DNA from: Myxococcota bacterium
Lineage (GTDB): Bacteria; Myxococcota_A; UBA796; SXON01
DNA length: 64,000 bases
Assembly: GCA_040386535.1 (NCBI GenBank)
Contig: JAZKFH010000015.1
Location: 220,800-284,799, forward strand
Reading direction: 5' to 3'
The notes under the pieces were generated by a model, which saw only the letters and a program-made list of their open reading frames with translations, had not been told where the DNA came from and searched no databases. Below are positions 46,266 to 55,694 of the stretch, piece by piece (positions within the stretch are counted from its first letter, which is position 1; each line of letters opens with the position of its first letter). Both the position numbers and the translations under genes were made by a program.

Positions 46266-47597
46266 ATGGGTCTCTGGGACACTCTCTCCAGCCACGCCAA
46301 GGCGCAGTTCCTCGACGTCATCCAGTGGCTGGACGACTCGAAGAACACGCTCGTCTACCGGTTCCCGATCTTCAACCAGGCGATCCAGGACGGCGGAAAG
46401 CTCGTGGTGCGGGAAGGGCAAGCGGCGGTGTTCGTCGCCGAAGGCCGCCTGTCCGACGTGTTCGGGCCGGGCACCTACGAGCTCTCGACGCGCACCAAGG
46501 CCATCACCGGCTTCTTCGAGAGCATCAAGTACGGCCTGAACATGCCCTACAAGGGGGATGTCTACTTCATCTCCACGCGGCAGTTCACCGACCAGAAGTG
46601 GGGCACCGCCAACCCGCTCATGCTCCGCGACAAGGACCTGGGCGCGGTGCGCATCCGCGCGTTCGGCGTCTTCGCCTACCGCATCACCGACCCCGCCGCG
46701 TTCATCCGCGAGCTGGTCGGCACCGCCGGCCTGTACACGACGGACGAGATCAACGGCCAGCTCAAGCGCAAGCTCGTGAGCGCCCTCGCCGACACCATCG
46801 GCGAGTCCAAGATCCCCGCGCTCGACCTCATCTCCCAGTACATGGACCTGGGAGACGCCCTCCGCCAGCGCCTCAACGGCTGGTTCCAGGAGAACTACGG
46901 CATCACCCTGACCGATTTTGTGGTGGAGAACATCTCCGTGCCGCCCGAAGTCGAGAAGATGCTCGACAAGCGCTCCTCCATGGCGCTGGTGGGCGACATG
47001 AACGCCTACACGCAGTTCCAGGCCGCCAACGCGATGGAGCAGGCCGCGGGCCGCCCGGGCGGCGGCAACCCGATGCTCGACGCGGGCCTCGGCCTCGCCA
47101 TGGGCAACGCCATGGGCAACCAGCTCGGGCGCGCCCAGCAGGGCCCCGGCACGTTCAACCCGCACGGAGGCTTGTCCACGCCGCCGCCGCCGCCCCAGGC
47201 GGAGGTGAAGTTCCACTACAACGGCGCCGGTGGCCAGGGTGAACACACCGCCCGCGAGGTCGCGGCGTTCGTGCAGCAGAACCGCGGCGGCACGCACAAC
47301 GTCTGGGCCGCGGGCTGGCCGGGGTGGAAGTCCTGGTCCGACGTGGCCGAGATCAGCTCGCTCCTCCCGCCGGTCCCGCCCCCGGTGCCCACCGCGGCCG
47401 TGTTCCACTACGCCGCGCCCGACGGCTCGACCGCCACGGGCGGGCCCGCCGACATCGCGCAGCGCGTGAAGGCCGACCCCGAGGGCCGCCACCTCGTCTG
47501 GAAGGACGGCTTCGCCAGCTGGAAGGACGCCCGCGAGGTCCCCGAGATCGCCGGGCTGCTCGGCGGGGGCGGGCCGCCGCCGCCGCCGCCCCGGTAG
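46266..47597 (+). CDS. SPFH (band 7, YdjI-like) protein with two C-terminal GYF_2-like domains
   Basis: 'LVVREGQAAVF..EG...DVFGPG.Y.L.T', 'KWGT.NP...RD', 'RAFG', 'ENISVPPEVE'. Tail repeats 'VWAAGWPGWK....V.E' and 'VWKDGFASWKDAREVPE'. Confidence 0.88.
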   Translation: MGLWDTLSSHAKAQFLDVIQWLDDSKNTLVYRFPIFNQAIQDGGKLVVREGQAAVFVAEGRLSDVFGPGTYELSTRTKAITGFFESIKYGLNMPYKGDVYFISTRQFTDQKWGTANPLMLRDKDLGAVRIRAFGVFAYRITDPAAFIRELVGTAGLYTTDEINGQLKRKLVSALADTIGESKIPALDLISQYMDLGDALRQRLNGWFQENYGITLTDFVVENISVPPEVEKMLDKRSSMALVGDMNAYTQFQAANAMEQAAGRPGGGNPMLDAGLGLAMGNAMGNQLGRAQQGPGTFNPHGGLSTPPPPPQAEVKFHYNGAGGQGEHTAREVAAFVQQNRGGTHNVWAAGWPGWKSWSDVAEISSLLPPVPPPVPTAAVFHYAAPDGSTATGGPADIAQRVKADPEGRHLVWKDGFASWKDAREVPEIAGLLGGGGPPPPPPR

Positions 47598-47608
47598 TTC
47601 CTCATCGT

Positions 47609-47736
47609 GGGTTCTCGCCGCTGCTCCACGTGGCCCGCCCTTGCAGCCGGGTCCGCCGGTGGGGCCCCCTTTGGGGGGCACCGGCGGGGGCCCCGGCTGC
47701 GGTTCTGGGCGGGCCCCTGAGGCCGCGCGTGAGCCC
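47609..47736. other. Long GC-rich interrupted inverted repeat between convergent genes
   Basis: Arms GGCCCGCCC/GGGCGGGCC, GCAGCCGGG/CCCGGCTGC, CCGCCGGTG/CACCGGCGG and apical CCCCC-TTT-GGGGG. Confidence 0.75.
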
Positions 47737-50700
47737 TATCGATACTCAGAGTTGTCGAACGCCGACCCGCACGAGGGATCGTCCCCGTCGGTGCCCTGGA
47801 TCGAGTCGTTGTCGACCCCGTCGTTGCACTGGGTGTCGCTGACGCCGGTCTCGCCGGTGGTCGTCACCGGGGTGGGGCAGTCGGGATCGGCCAGGTCCGA
47901 CCATCCGTCCAGGTCGTTGTCGACGCCGTCGTTGCAGTCGGTGGCCGGATCGACCTCGTCGCCATCGGTCGAGGCGTCGCAGCCCCAGTCGCGGGCGTCG
48001 ACCAGGCCGTCGCCGTCGTCATCCAGGCCGTTGTTGCACGCGCCACCGCCCGCGCCGTCGTCCTCGAAGAGCGTGGCGGCGTCGGGGCAGGCTGGGTCGG
48101 CGAGATCGGTCCAGCCGTCGCCGTCGTTGTCGAGGCCGTCGTCACATTCGGGCGTGTGGGACTCGTCGGCGTCGAGCGCGCTCGCGCAGCCGGGATCGTC
48201 GGCGTCGACCAGCGTGTCGCCGTCACTGTCCGCGCTGTCGTTGCACGCGAAGTCCTCGGTGCCGACCTCGGCGCCGAGCCAGCCACAGTCAGGGTCGTCT
48301 CCGTCGATCCAGCCGTCGCTGTCGCCGTCGACGCCGTCCGAGCAGTCCAGGCCGCTCGCGCTGACCGTGCTCTCGACGTTGTCCCAGGCGTCGAGGCAGT
48401 CGGGGTCGCTCGCGTCGATGAGCCCGTCGTCGTCGTCGTCGTCGCCGTTGTTGCACGCGGCCGTGCCCGTGGCGCCCGCCTCCGCGGTGGCGTCGATGCA
48501 GTCGGGATCGCTGCCGTCCACCCAACCGTCGCGGTCGGTGTCGATCCCGTCATCGCAGGCGGCGATGGGGTCGTTCTCGACATCGTCGTCCGCGTCGGCG
48601 CAGCCGGGGTCGTCGAGGTCGACCAGGCCGTCGCCGTCGTTGTCGCCGCCGTCCGCGCACGCGGGGAAGGACACGCCCGCTTCCGCCCACGAGGTCGCGT
48701 CGTCACAGTCGATGTCGTCGCTGTCCGCGAGGGAGTCCCCGTCGTTGTCCGCGCCGTCGTTGCACGCGGCGCGGCCGAAGCCCGCCTCGTCGCCGAGCGC
48801 GGCGCAGTCCGGGTCCTCGTCGTCCATCCAGCCGTCGCCGTCGTCATCCGCGTCGTTGGCGCAGTCGTCGCCGGTGGCGGCCTCGTCGTCGTCCCAGCCG
48901 ACCGTGCAGCCGTCGTCATCGGCGTCCACGCGCCCGTCGCCATCATCGTCCACGCCGTTGTCGCAGGCGCGCGTGCCGAGCCCGAGCTCATCGCCGTCTG
49001 AGAGGCAGTCCGCGTCCTCGCCGTCGCGCCAGCCGTCGGTGTCGTCGTCCTCGCCGTTCGCGCAATCGTCCGCGGTGTCGTCCTCGACATCGTCGTCCGC
49101 GTCCACGCAGCCGCTGTCCGCGCCGTCGATCGAGAGGTCTCCGTCGTCGTCGAGGCCGTCGTTGCAGCCCGCGTCCCCGAAGCCGAGCTCGTCGTCGCCG
49201 CTCGCGCAGTCCGGATCTTCGGCGTCGGCCCAGCCGTCGCCGTCGTCGTCCTCGCCGTCGTAGCAGGTGCCGACGGGGTCGGCCTCGTCGGGGTCCGTCG
49301 CGTTCGTGCAGCCCGGATCGTCGGCGTCGGTGGCGCCGTCACTGTCGTCGTCCGCGCCGTCGTTGCAGGCGGTCGCGCCGTACCCGAGCTCCTCGGAGCC
49401 GGTCGCGCAGTCGGGATCGTCGGCGTCGGCCCAGCCGTCCAGATCGTCGTCGGCGCCGTCGTCACAGCCGTCCGCCGCGGGGCTCTCGAACGTGTCGAAC
49501 GCGTCGAAGCAGTCCGAATCCAGGCGATCGCGGCGGCCGTCCCGGTCGTTGTCGAGCCCGTCGTTGCACTGGTTCGTGCCGAAGGAGCGCTCCGACGTGC
49601 CGGTGGCGCAGTCGGGGTCGTCCCCGTCGAACCACTCGTCGCCGTCGTTGTCGAGCAGATCGTTGCAGCCCGTGATCGGGTCGGTCTCGTCGGTGTCGAA
49701 GCCCGAAGCGCAGCCCTCGTCCCCGGCGTCGATGTCGCCGTCTCCGTCGTCGTCGAGGTTGTTGTTGCACTGGTAGGCGCTCGTGGCGCCGGTCTCCGTG
49801 GTGTCGGTCAACGACGTGCAGCTCGGATCGAGCAGGTCGGCCCAGCCGTCCAGATCGTCGTCGTCGTCGTTGCCGCAGGCGTAGTCCGCCTCCACGGTGT
49901 CGCCCGCGTCGTCACAATCAGGGTCGTCCGCGTCCGCGAGGCCGTCGGCGTCGTCGTCGTCGCCGTTGTTGCACTCGTTCGTGCCGTACCCGGTCTCGAA
50001 CGGGCCCGAGCAGTCGGGATCCTCGTCGTCGAACCAGCCGTCCCCGTCCTCGTCCAGCCCGTTGTCGCACTCGGCGGCCTCGGCCGTGGAGGCCGCGGTG
50101 ACGCAGTCGGCGTCGCGGGCGTCGATCGAGAGGTCGCTGTCGTTGTCGAGGCCGTCGTTGCACTGGCCCGCGCCGAAGCCGAGCTCCTCGCGTCCGACCG
50201 CGCAGTCGGGATCGTCCGCGTCGGTCCAGCCGTCCCCGTCGCTGTCGACGCCGTCGGCGCAGGCGCTGGACTCGTCGGTGTCGGTCGCCGTGGCGCAGTC
50301 GGGGTCGTCGGAGTCGAACAGGCCGTCCGCGTCCTGGTCCTCGCCGTCGTTGCAGACGGCGGTGCCGTAGCTGACCTCCTCCGTGCCGCCCGCGCAGTCG
50401 GGATCGGTCTCGTCGGACCAGCCGTCGCCGTCGTTGTCGACGCCGTCCGCGCAGTCGCTCGCCTCGAAGTCGTCCTCGGCGTCGGTGCACTCCGGGTCCG
50501 CCGCGTCCACGCGGCCGTCCCCGTCGTCATCCAGGCCGTTCGAACACGCGCTCCGATCCTCGAAGCCGCTGCCCTCGGAGTCGTCGCCGCCCGCGTCGCA
50601 GGAGGGATCGTCCAGATCCGTCCATCCGTCGCCGTCGTTGTCGGCGCCGTCTTCGCACAGGTTCAGCTCCGAGTCGTCGAGCGCGTCGTCACACGAGCCG

Positions 50701-51689
50701 TCGTCCCCGTCGACATCGCCGTCGCCATCGTCGTCCAGGCCGTTGTTGCACAACCAGTCCGAGGTGCCGACCTCCTCGGTGCCGGTCAGGCAGTCGGGGT
50801 CCTCCTCGTCGAGCCAGCCGTCGCCGTCGTTGTCGTCGCCGTCTTCACAGCCGAGCATCGACTCGCGGTCGTCCCACGCGGAGTCGCACTGGCGGTCGGC
50901 GCTGTCGGCCCCGCCGTCCCCATCGTTGTCGTCGAGGTCGTTGCACTCGGTCGTGCCGGGGCCCACCTCGTCGCCGAGGTCGTGGCAGTCGGGATCGTCC
51001 ACATCGGTCCAGCCGTCGCTGTCGTTGTCCACGCCGTCGACGCAGGGCTCGATCTCGTCGTCATCCAGCGCGTCGGTGCAGTCGGGGTCGGAGGCGTCGA
51101 CGTCACCTTCGCCGTCGTTGTCGGTGCCGTCGTTGCACACGGTGTCACCGAAGCCGAGCTCCTCCAGGCCGGCGGCGCAGTCGGGATCGGCCGCGTCGCG
51201 CCACCCGTCGTTGTCGTTGTCGATGTCGTCCTGGCAGGGGCCGATGGGCGACTCGAGCGCCGCCGCCGTCAGGCGCACGGCCACGACCTCGTCCGGCGTG
51301 AAGGTCAGCGGCCCCACGATTTCGGTGGTGACGGTGCGATCGAGCCCGAGGTAGCCGAGCGCGCGCACGGCGAAGTCGGGATCGTTGCCGCCGGGGCGGA
51401 GCTCGACGCTGTCGGGCACGCCGTCGTTCACGGGGATGGAGACGCGGAGCTCGAGCGCATCGTCGTCGAGGATCCAGTCGCCGAGCCGGCTGTCGTCCAC
51501 GATGGTGAGCACCGTGCCGTCCCGTTCGACGAAGGGGGTCGTCGGGTCGAGGACGAGCCACCAGGTGTCCGCCGCGCTCGCGACGTCCGTGGCGTCGATC
51601 TCCACGACGATCGCGGTACGATCGTCCTTGGGCGTGCACGCGAACAGGGCGAGGAGGGCCAGGGCCCGGAGGGGGCGGGCGCGGTTCAT
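47736..51689 (-). CDS. Large acidic lipoprotein with 35 Cys/Asp-rich (thrombospondin type-3-like) repeats
   Basis: Lipobox LFAC, about 150-aa N-domain, then 35 manually counted C-x-D/N-G-x-D-x-D-x-D-G-x-x-D-x-x-D-x-x-C units. Confidence 0.88.
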   Translation of the reverse strand: MNRARPLRALALLALFACTPKDDRTAIVVEIDATDVASAADTWWLVLDPTTPFVERDGTVLTIVDDSRLGDWILDDDALELRVSIPVNDGVPDSVELRPGGNDPDFAVRALGYLGLDRTVTTEIVGPLTFTPDEVVAVRLTAAALESPIGPCQDDIDNDNDGWRDAADPDCAAGLEELGFGDTVCNDGTDNDGEGDVDASDPDCTDALDDDEIEPCVDGVDNDSDGWTDVDDPDCHDLGDEVGPGTTECNDLDDNDGDGGADSADRQCDSAWDDRESMLGCEDGDDNDGDGWLDEEDPDCLTGTEEVGTSDWLCNNGLDDDGDGDVDGDDGSCDDALDDSELNLCEDGADNDGDGWTDLDDPSCDAGGDDSEGSGFEDRSACSNGLDDDGDGRVDAADPECTDAEDDFEASDCADGVDNDGDGWSDETDPDCAGGTEEVSYGTAVCNDGEDQDADGLFDSDDPDCATATDTDESSACADGVDSDGDGWTDADDPDCAVGREELGFGAGQCNDGLDNDSDLSIDARDADCVTAASTAEAAECDNGLDEDGDGWFDDEDPDCSGPFETGYGTNECNNGDDDDADGLADADDPDCDDAGDTVEADYACGNDDDDDLDGWADLLDPSCTSLTDTTETGATSAYQCNNNLDDDGDGDIDAGDEGCASGFDTDETDPITGCNDLLDNDGDEWFDGDDPDCATGTSERSFGTNQCNDGLDNDRDGRRDRLDSDCFDAFDTFESPAADGCDDGADDDLDGWADADDPDCATGSEELGYGATACNDGADDDSDGATDADDPGCTNATDPDEADPVGTCYDGEDDDGDGWADAEDPDCASGDDELGFGDAGCNDGLDDDGDLSIDGADSGCVDADDDVEDDTADDCANGEDDDTDGWRDGEDADCLSDGDELGLGTRACDNGVDDDGDGRVDADDDGCTVGWDDDEAATGDDCANDADDDGDGWMDDEDPDCAALGDEAGFGRAACNDGADNDGDSLADSDDIDCDDATSWAEAGVSFPACADGGDNDGDGLVDLDDPGCADADDDVENDPIAACDDGIDTDRDGWVDGSDPDCIDATAEAGATGTAACNNGDDDDDDGLIDASDPDCLDAWDNVESTVSASGLDCSDGVDGDSDGWIDGDDPDCGWLGAEVGTEDFACNDSADSDGDTLVDADDPGCASALDADESHTPECDDGLDNDGDGWTDLADPACPDAATLFEDDGAGGGACNNGLDDDGDGLVDARDWGCDASTDGDEVDPATDCNDGVDNDLDGWSDLADPDCPTPVTTTGETGVSDTQCNDGVDNDSIQGTDGDDPSCGSAFDNSEYR

Positions 51690-52771
51690 GGGAGCTCCAC
51701 CACGGTGTCGCCGCTAGGCGGAGGTTCGGGCGCGGTGCTGACCGCCACGGCCGCGGTCGCGGCGCCACCGGCCACCGCGGCGCCGCCGACGACCGCCCAG
51801 AAGCCCCACCGCTGCGTCAGCGGCTTGCGCTCCACCAGCAGATCGCCGGAGACGCGCAGGGCCACGGTGCCGCGCGCGGGCAGGGCGACCGTGTCGATGA
51901 TCTGGCGCTGGCCGATGCGCACCTGCACCTTCCACCGCCCCTTCTCGAGCGGCCCGACGCTGACGTTGGCGCCCTCGGCGACCCGTACGCCGTCGAGGAA
52001 CACGAGGGCCTCGGCGCTCCCCGTGGCGATCTGGAGGGTCGCGCCGGTCTTCGGCAGCGACGCGCGCACCTCGCCGCGGCTGCCGTCGGTGGTGTCGATG
52101 ACACGCAGCACGCCGGCGGCGTCGGGGTGGGTGAGCAGGACGGCGTGCCGCCCGGGCTCGATGCCGGTGAGGCGCAGCGGGGTCACGCCCACGTCCGCGT
52201 CGTCGAGCTTCACGGTGGCGCCCGCGGGGGTGGACTCCACCACGACGACGCCGCGGGAGGACTCCATCCGCACGTCGACCAGCACGTTCTTTCCGGCCGC
52301 GAAGGTGACGGTCCCCTCGGCGGGCTCGAACTTCGGCGCTTCGACGCGCCAGGCGTGGGCGCCGGGGGTCGGAGCCGGGAGCCGGATGGGGAGGGGCCCG
52401 CGATCCGTGCCGTCCATCACGAGGCGCGCGCCCGGGGGCCCGGCGAACTCGACGGTGCCGCCGCCCGGGGTGAGCGCGGCCTGCACGTCGAGCGTCTTGT
52501 CCGCGACGATCTCGACGCGGCGCACGAACGGATCGTGCTGGTCGGCGACGACGCGAAGCTGGTGCGGGCCGACCGCGAGGTACTTCGTCAGCGGCGTGAC
52601 GCCGAGCACGGCGCCGTCCAACCAGACCTCCGCCCCCTCGACGTTGCTGCGGACCTTTAGGATGCCGGTCTGCTGGACACTCGTCGCGGCGGGCGGTCCG
52701 TCCGCGCCGGCGGCGTAGGGGATCAGCAGCCCGGTGAGGGCGAGGAAGAAGGCAAGGGCGGCAGCAAGCAT
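51686..52771 (-). CDS. PEGA domain protein with a C-terminal W-rich hydrophobic segment
   Basis: 'V.SN.EGAEVWLDG..LGVTPL', 'VESTPAGATVKLD...VGVTPL', C-terminal 'KPLTQRWGFWAVVGGAAVAGG'. Stop overlaps the lipoprotein start (ATGA). Confidence 0.88.
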   Translation of the reverse strand: MLAAALAFFLALTGLLIPYAAGADGPPAATSVQQTGILKVRSNVEGAEVWLDGAVLGVTPLTKYLAVGPHQLRVVADQHDPFVRRVEIVADKTLDVQAALTPGGGTVEFAGPPGARLVMDGTDRGPLPIRLPAPTPGAHAWRVEAPKFEPAEGTVTFAAGKNVLVDVRMESSRGVVVVESTPAGATVKLDDADVGVTPLRLTGIEPGRHAVLLTHPDAAGVLRVIDTTDGSRGEVRASLPKTGATLQIATGSAEALVFLDGVRVAEGANVSVGPLEKGRWKVQVRIGQRQIIDTVALPARGTVALRVSGDLLVERKPLTQRWGFWAVVGGAAVAGGAATAAVAVSTAPEPPPSGDTVVELP

Positions 52772-52850
52772 GCGGTGCACGATCGTACCACGGGTGCGGC
52801 GGGCGTCGGCAACGCGCGGCCGGGCAGCGCGGCCGTGCCATACTCGCGGC

Positions 52851-55694
52851 ATGTCCAGCCCTCTCTCTCGCCGGGGATTCCTTCGCGGAACCCTCGGGGC
52901 CGCGGCGGTCGGAGGCGTGATCGTCGATCATGCCCGCGCCGAATCGCCTTCTCCCGCGCCATCCCCGGTCCCCTCGCCGGTTTCCGCGGAGGCCTCCGCC
53001 GTCGGGGCGGAGACCACCTCGGTCCGCACCGTCGTCAACGGCCGGGCGGAGACGTTCGTCGTGGGGCCCGACGAGACGGCGCTGCACGTCGTGCGCGAGC
53101 GCCTCGGCCTGACGGGCACGAAGGAGGCGTGCGGGCACGGCGCGTGCGGCGCCTGCGCCATCCACGTGGACGGCACGCCCGTCGCCTCGTGCCTCCTCCC
53201 CGCGACCGCGCTCGCGCAACGCGCGGTCACGACCATCGAGGGGCTCGGCGCGCTCCTGCCGCCCGCCCTCTTCATCAGCACCGCGGAGGCGCTCCACCCC
53301 GTGCAGCGCGCCTTCATCGCGGAGGACGCGCTGCAGTGCGGCTTCTGCACGCCGGGCTTCGTGATGGAGGCGGTGGCCTTCCACGACCGCTGGCGGAAGG
53401 AGCAGACCCGGCCGCCCACCGGGGACGAGGTGGCCGCCGCGCTCGCGGGCCACCTGTGCCGCTGCGGCGCCTATCCGAGCATCCGCGCCGCGGTGATCGG
53501 CGCGTGCGCGGGCCTGCACGACGGCCCCAGCACGGTCGTGCCCCGGCACGAGGCGCGCGAGAAGGTGACCGGTCGCGCCGTGTACACCGTGGACGTGAAG
53601 CGGCCGGGCCAGCTCGAGGGGCGCACGCTCCGCTCGCCGTTCGCCAACGCGATCGTGCGCGGGATCAACCTGGACGACGCGCGCGCGGCGCCCGGCGTCG
53701 AGGCCGTCATGATGGTGGTGGAGTTGGGCGCCAAGGTCCGCTACGCGGGCCAGGAGATCGTGGCGGTCGCCGCGATCGACGCCGCGCACGCCAACGCCGC
53801 GCTCGGGTTGATCCGCGTGGCGTACGAGGTCGGCGTCCCCGCCGTCGGTATCGCGGCTGCGCTCGCACCGGGCGCGGCCCTCGTCTACGACAAGCCCACC
53901 AAGGACCTCCCGCTGCACTTCGAGGGCGTGGCGTTCAGCCTCCCGTGGGAGGGCAACCGTCGCGGCCCGCTCGACACCTCGATCCTCGCGCGGCCCGCGC
54001 GGGCGCGCAAGGCGGTCGACGACCCGGCGAACACCGTCGTGCGGGCCCAGTACGTGACCCAGGCCCAGGTGCACACGGCGCTCGAGCCCCACGCGTGCGT
54101 GGCCGAGTGGACGAGCGACACGACGCTCGACGTGTGGATCTCGACGCAGGGGTGCTCCGCGATGGCGGAGGACCTCGCGGACCGGCTCGACCTGAAGCGG
54201 GACGACGTGCACGTGTCGTGCGAGCACGTCGGCGGCGCGTTCGGCGCCAAGCTCGGGTACACGCCCGAGACCGAGCTGGCCGTGCGGCTGGCGCGCGCGG
54301 CGAAGGCCCCGGTCCGGATGGTCAACGATCGCGCCGAGGAGATGGTCGTCGGCGGCTACCGCCCCGGCATGCAGATCGACCTCGCGCTGGCCGCCACCCC
54401 CGAGGGCGAGCCCGCGGGGATGGTGCTCACCGGCCTCGGCGACGGCGGCGTGTCCGTCGGCGCCACGAACGGCCTGATGGCGCGGCTGCTGTACCCGGAC
54501 CTGCCGAAGTCGCTCGAGGACTACGACATCCTCTCCCACGCCCCGCCCGGCAAGGCGTTCCGCGGCCCCGGCGGGCCCCAGGGGATCTTCGCGATCGAGA
54601 GCGCCATGGACGCGCTCGCGGTCGCCCGCACCGAGAGCCCCTTCGCGCTCCGGCGGCGCTGGGACCCGAGTCCGATCCGGTCGATGCTCTACGACACGGC
54701 CGAGAAGCACGCTCTCTGGACCGGGCGCGCGGCGACGCGTGACACCGGCCGCTACCGCCGCGGCGTCGGGATGGCGGTCGGCACCTGGTACTACCTGTTC
54801 TCGCCGGGCACCCAGGTGCAGCTCGATCTGGCGGACGGGCGGCTGGTCGCCTCGTGCGGCGCCCAGGACATGGGGAACGGCGCGCGCACCGTCCTGGCGA
54901 CCGCGGTCGCGGACGTGTTCGGCTTCGCGCCCGCCGACATCGTGGCGCGCCTGGGCAACTCGGACGACGTGCACGGCGTGCCCTCCGGGGGGAGCCGCAC
55001 CACGGCCTCGGTCGGGCCGGCGGCGCGGGACGCCGCGCAGCAGCTCCGCGAGGAGCTCGTCGCCTGGGCGCGGCGCGGGATGGGGCTCGTCCGGCCGATC
55101 GCGGCGCCGGACGGCGTGCGTCACGAGGGCGGGGTGACCGCCTGGCGCGACGTGATGGCGAGCTCGCCGCCGATCACGACGATCGGGCGGCGGCGCCCCG
55201 ACGACGAGGGGCTCCAGCTCGGTGCGGGCCCTGACGTGGCGCTCGGAAAGCGCCTGCCGGGCGCGGTGCAGATGACCGAGGTCGAGGTGGACACGCGGCT
55301 CGGCCGGGTCACCGCGCGTCGGGTGTGGATCGGGATCGGCGTCGGCCGGATCTGGGTCCCCGCGCTGGCCCAGAGCCAGGTGGAAGGCGCCATCGTCCAG
55401 GGGCTCGGCCTCGCGCTCTACGAGGAGCGCCGCCTCGATGCGCGCACCGGGCGCGCGTTGACGCTCGGCCTCGAGGACTACCGGTTGCCGGGCCTCGGCG
55501 ACATCCCGGACATCGAGGTGCACTTCGAGGAGCGCGGCTTCGAGCACGTCAACGGCCTCGGTGTGGGCCTGTCCGAGCTCGCGACGGTGCCGACGGCGGC
55601 CTCGGTCGCCAACGCGGTGTTCGCGGCGACCGGGTGGAGGCCGCTCGAGCTGCCGATTCGACCCGACCGGGTCATGCAGGGGGTGAATTCGTGA
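52851..55694 (+). CDS. Tat-exported fused (2Fe-2S)2 + molybdopterin-binding subunit, xanthine/aldehyde oxidoreductase family
   Basis: SRRGFL Tat motif; CGHGACGAC..C and QCGFC..CRC clusters; 'KVTG.A.Y..D', 'LEPH', 'VGGAFGAK', 'FRGPG.PQ', 'DMGNG', 'GGSR', 'SQVEG', 'GLSE'. Confidence 0.93.
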   Translation: MSSPLSRRGFLRGTLGAAAVGGVIVDHARAESPSPAPSPVPSPVSAEASAVGAETTSVRTVVNGRAETFVVGPDETALHVVRERLGLTGTKEACGHGACGACAIHVDGTPVASCLLPATALAQRAVTTIEGLGALLPPALFISTAEALHPVQRAFIAEDALQCGFCTPGFVMEAVAFHDRWRKEQTRPPTGDEVAAALAGHLCRCGAYPSIRAAVIGACAGLHDGPSTVVPRHEAREKVTGRAVYTVDVKRPGQLEGRTLRSPFANAIVRGINLDDARAAPGVEAVMMVVELGAKVRYAGQEIVAVAAIDAAHANAALGLIRVAYEVGVPAVGIAAALAPGAALVYDKPTKDLPLHFEGVAFSLPWEGNRRGPLDTSILARPARARKAVDDPANTVVRAQYVTQAQVHTALEPHACVAEWTSDTTLDVWISTQGCSAMAEDLADRLDLKRDDVHVSCEHVGGAFGAKLGYTPETELAVRLARAAKAPVRMVNDRAEEMVVGGYRPGMQIDLALAATPEGEPAGMVLTGLGDGGVSVGATNGLMARLLYPDLPKSLEDYDILSHAPPGKAFRGPGGPQGIFAIESAMDALAVARTESPFALRRRWDPSPIRSMLYDTAEKHALWTGRAATRDTGRYRRGVGMAVGTWYYLFSPGTQVQLDLADGRLVASCGAQDMGNGARTVLATAVADVFGFAPADIVARLGNSDDVHGVPSGGSRTTASVGPAARDAAQQLREELVAWARRGMGLVRPIAAPDGVRHEGGVTAWRDVMASSPPITTIGRRRPDDEGLQLGAGPDVALGKRLPGAVQMTEVEVDTRLGRVTARRVWIGIGVGRIWVPALAQSQVEGAIVQGLGLALYEERRLDARTGRALTLGLEDYRLPGLGDIPDIEVHFEERGFEHVNGLGVGLSELATVPTAASVANAVFAATGWRPLELPIRPDRVMQGVNS

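Noticed and set aside
47641..51354. Ser/Pro-rich plus-strand ORFs resembling mucins
   Set aside because: Reverse complement of the GAC-rich Asp repeats on the minus strand.
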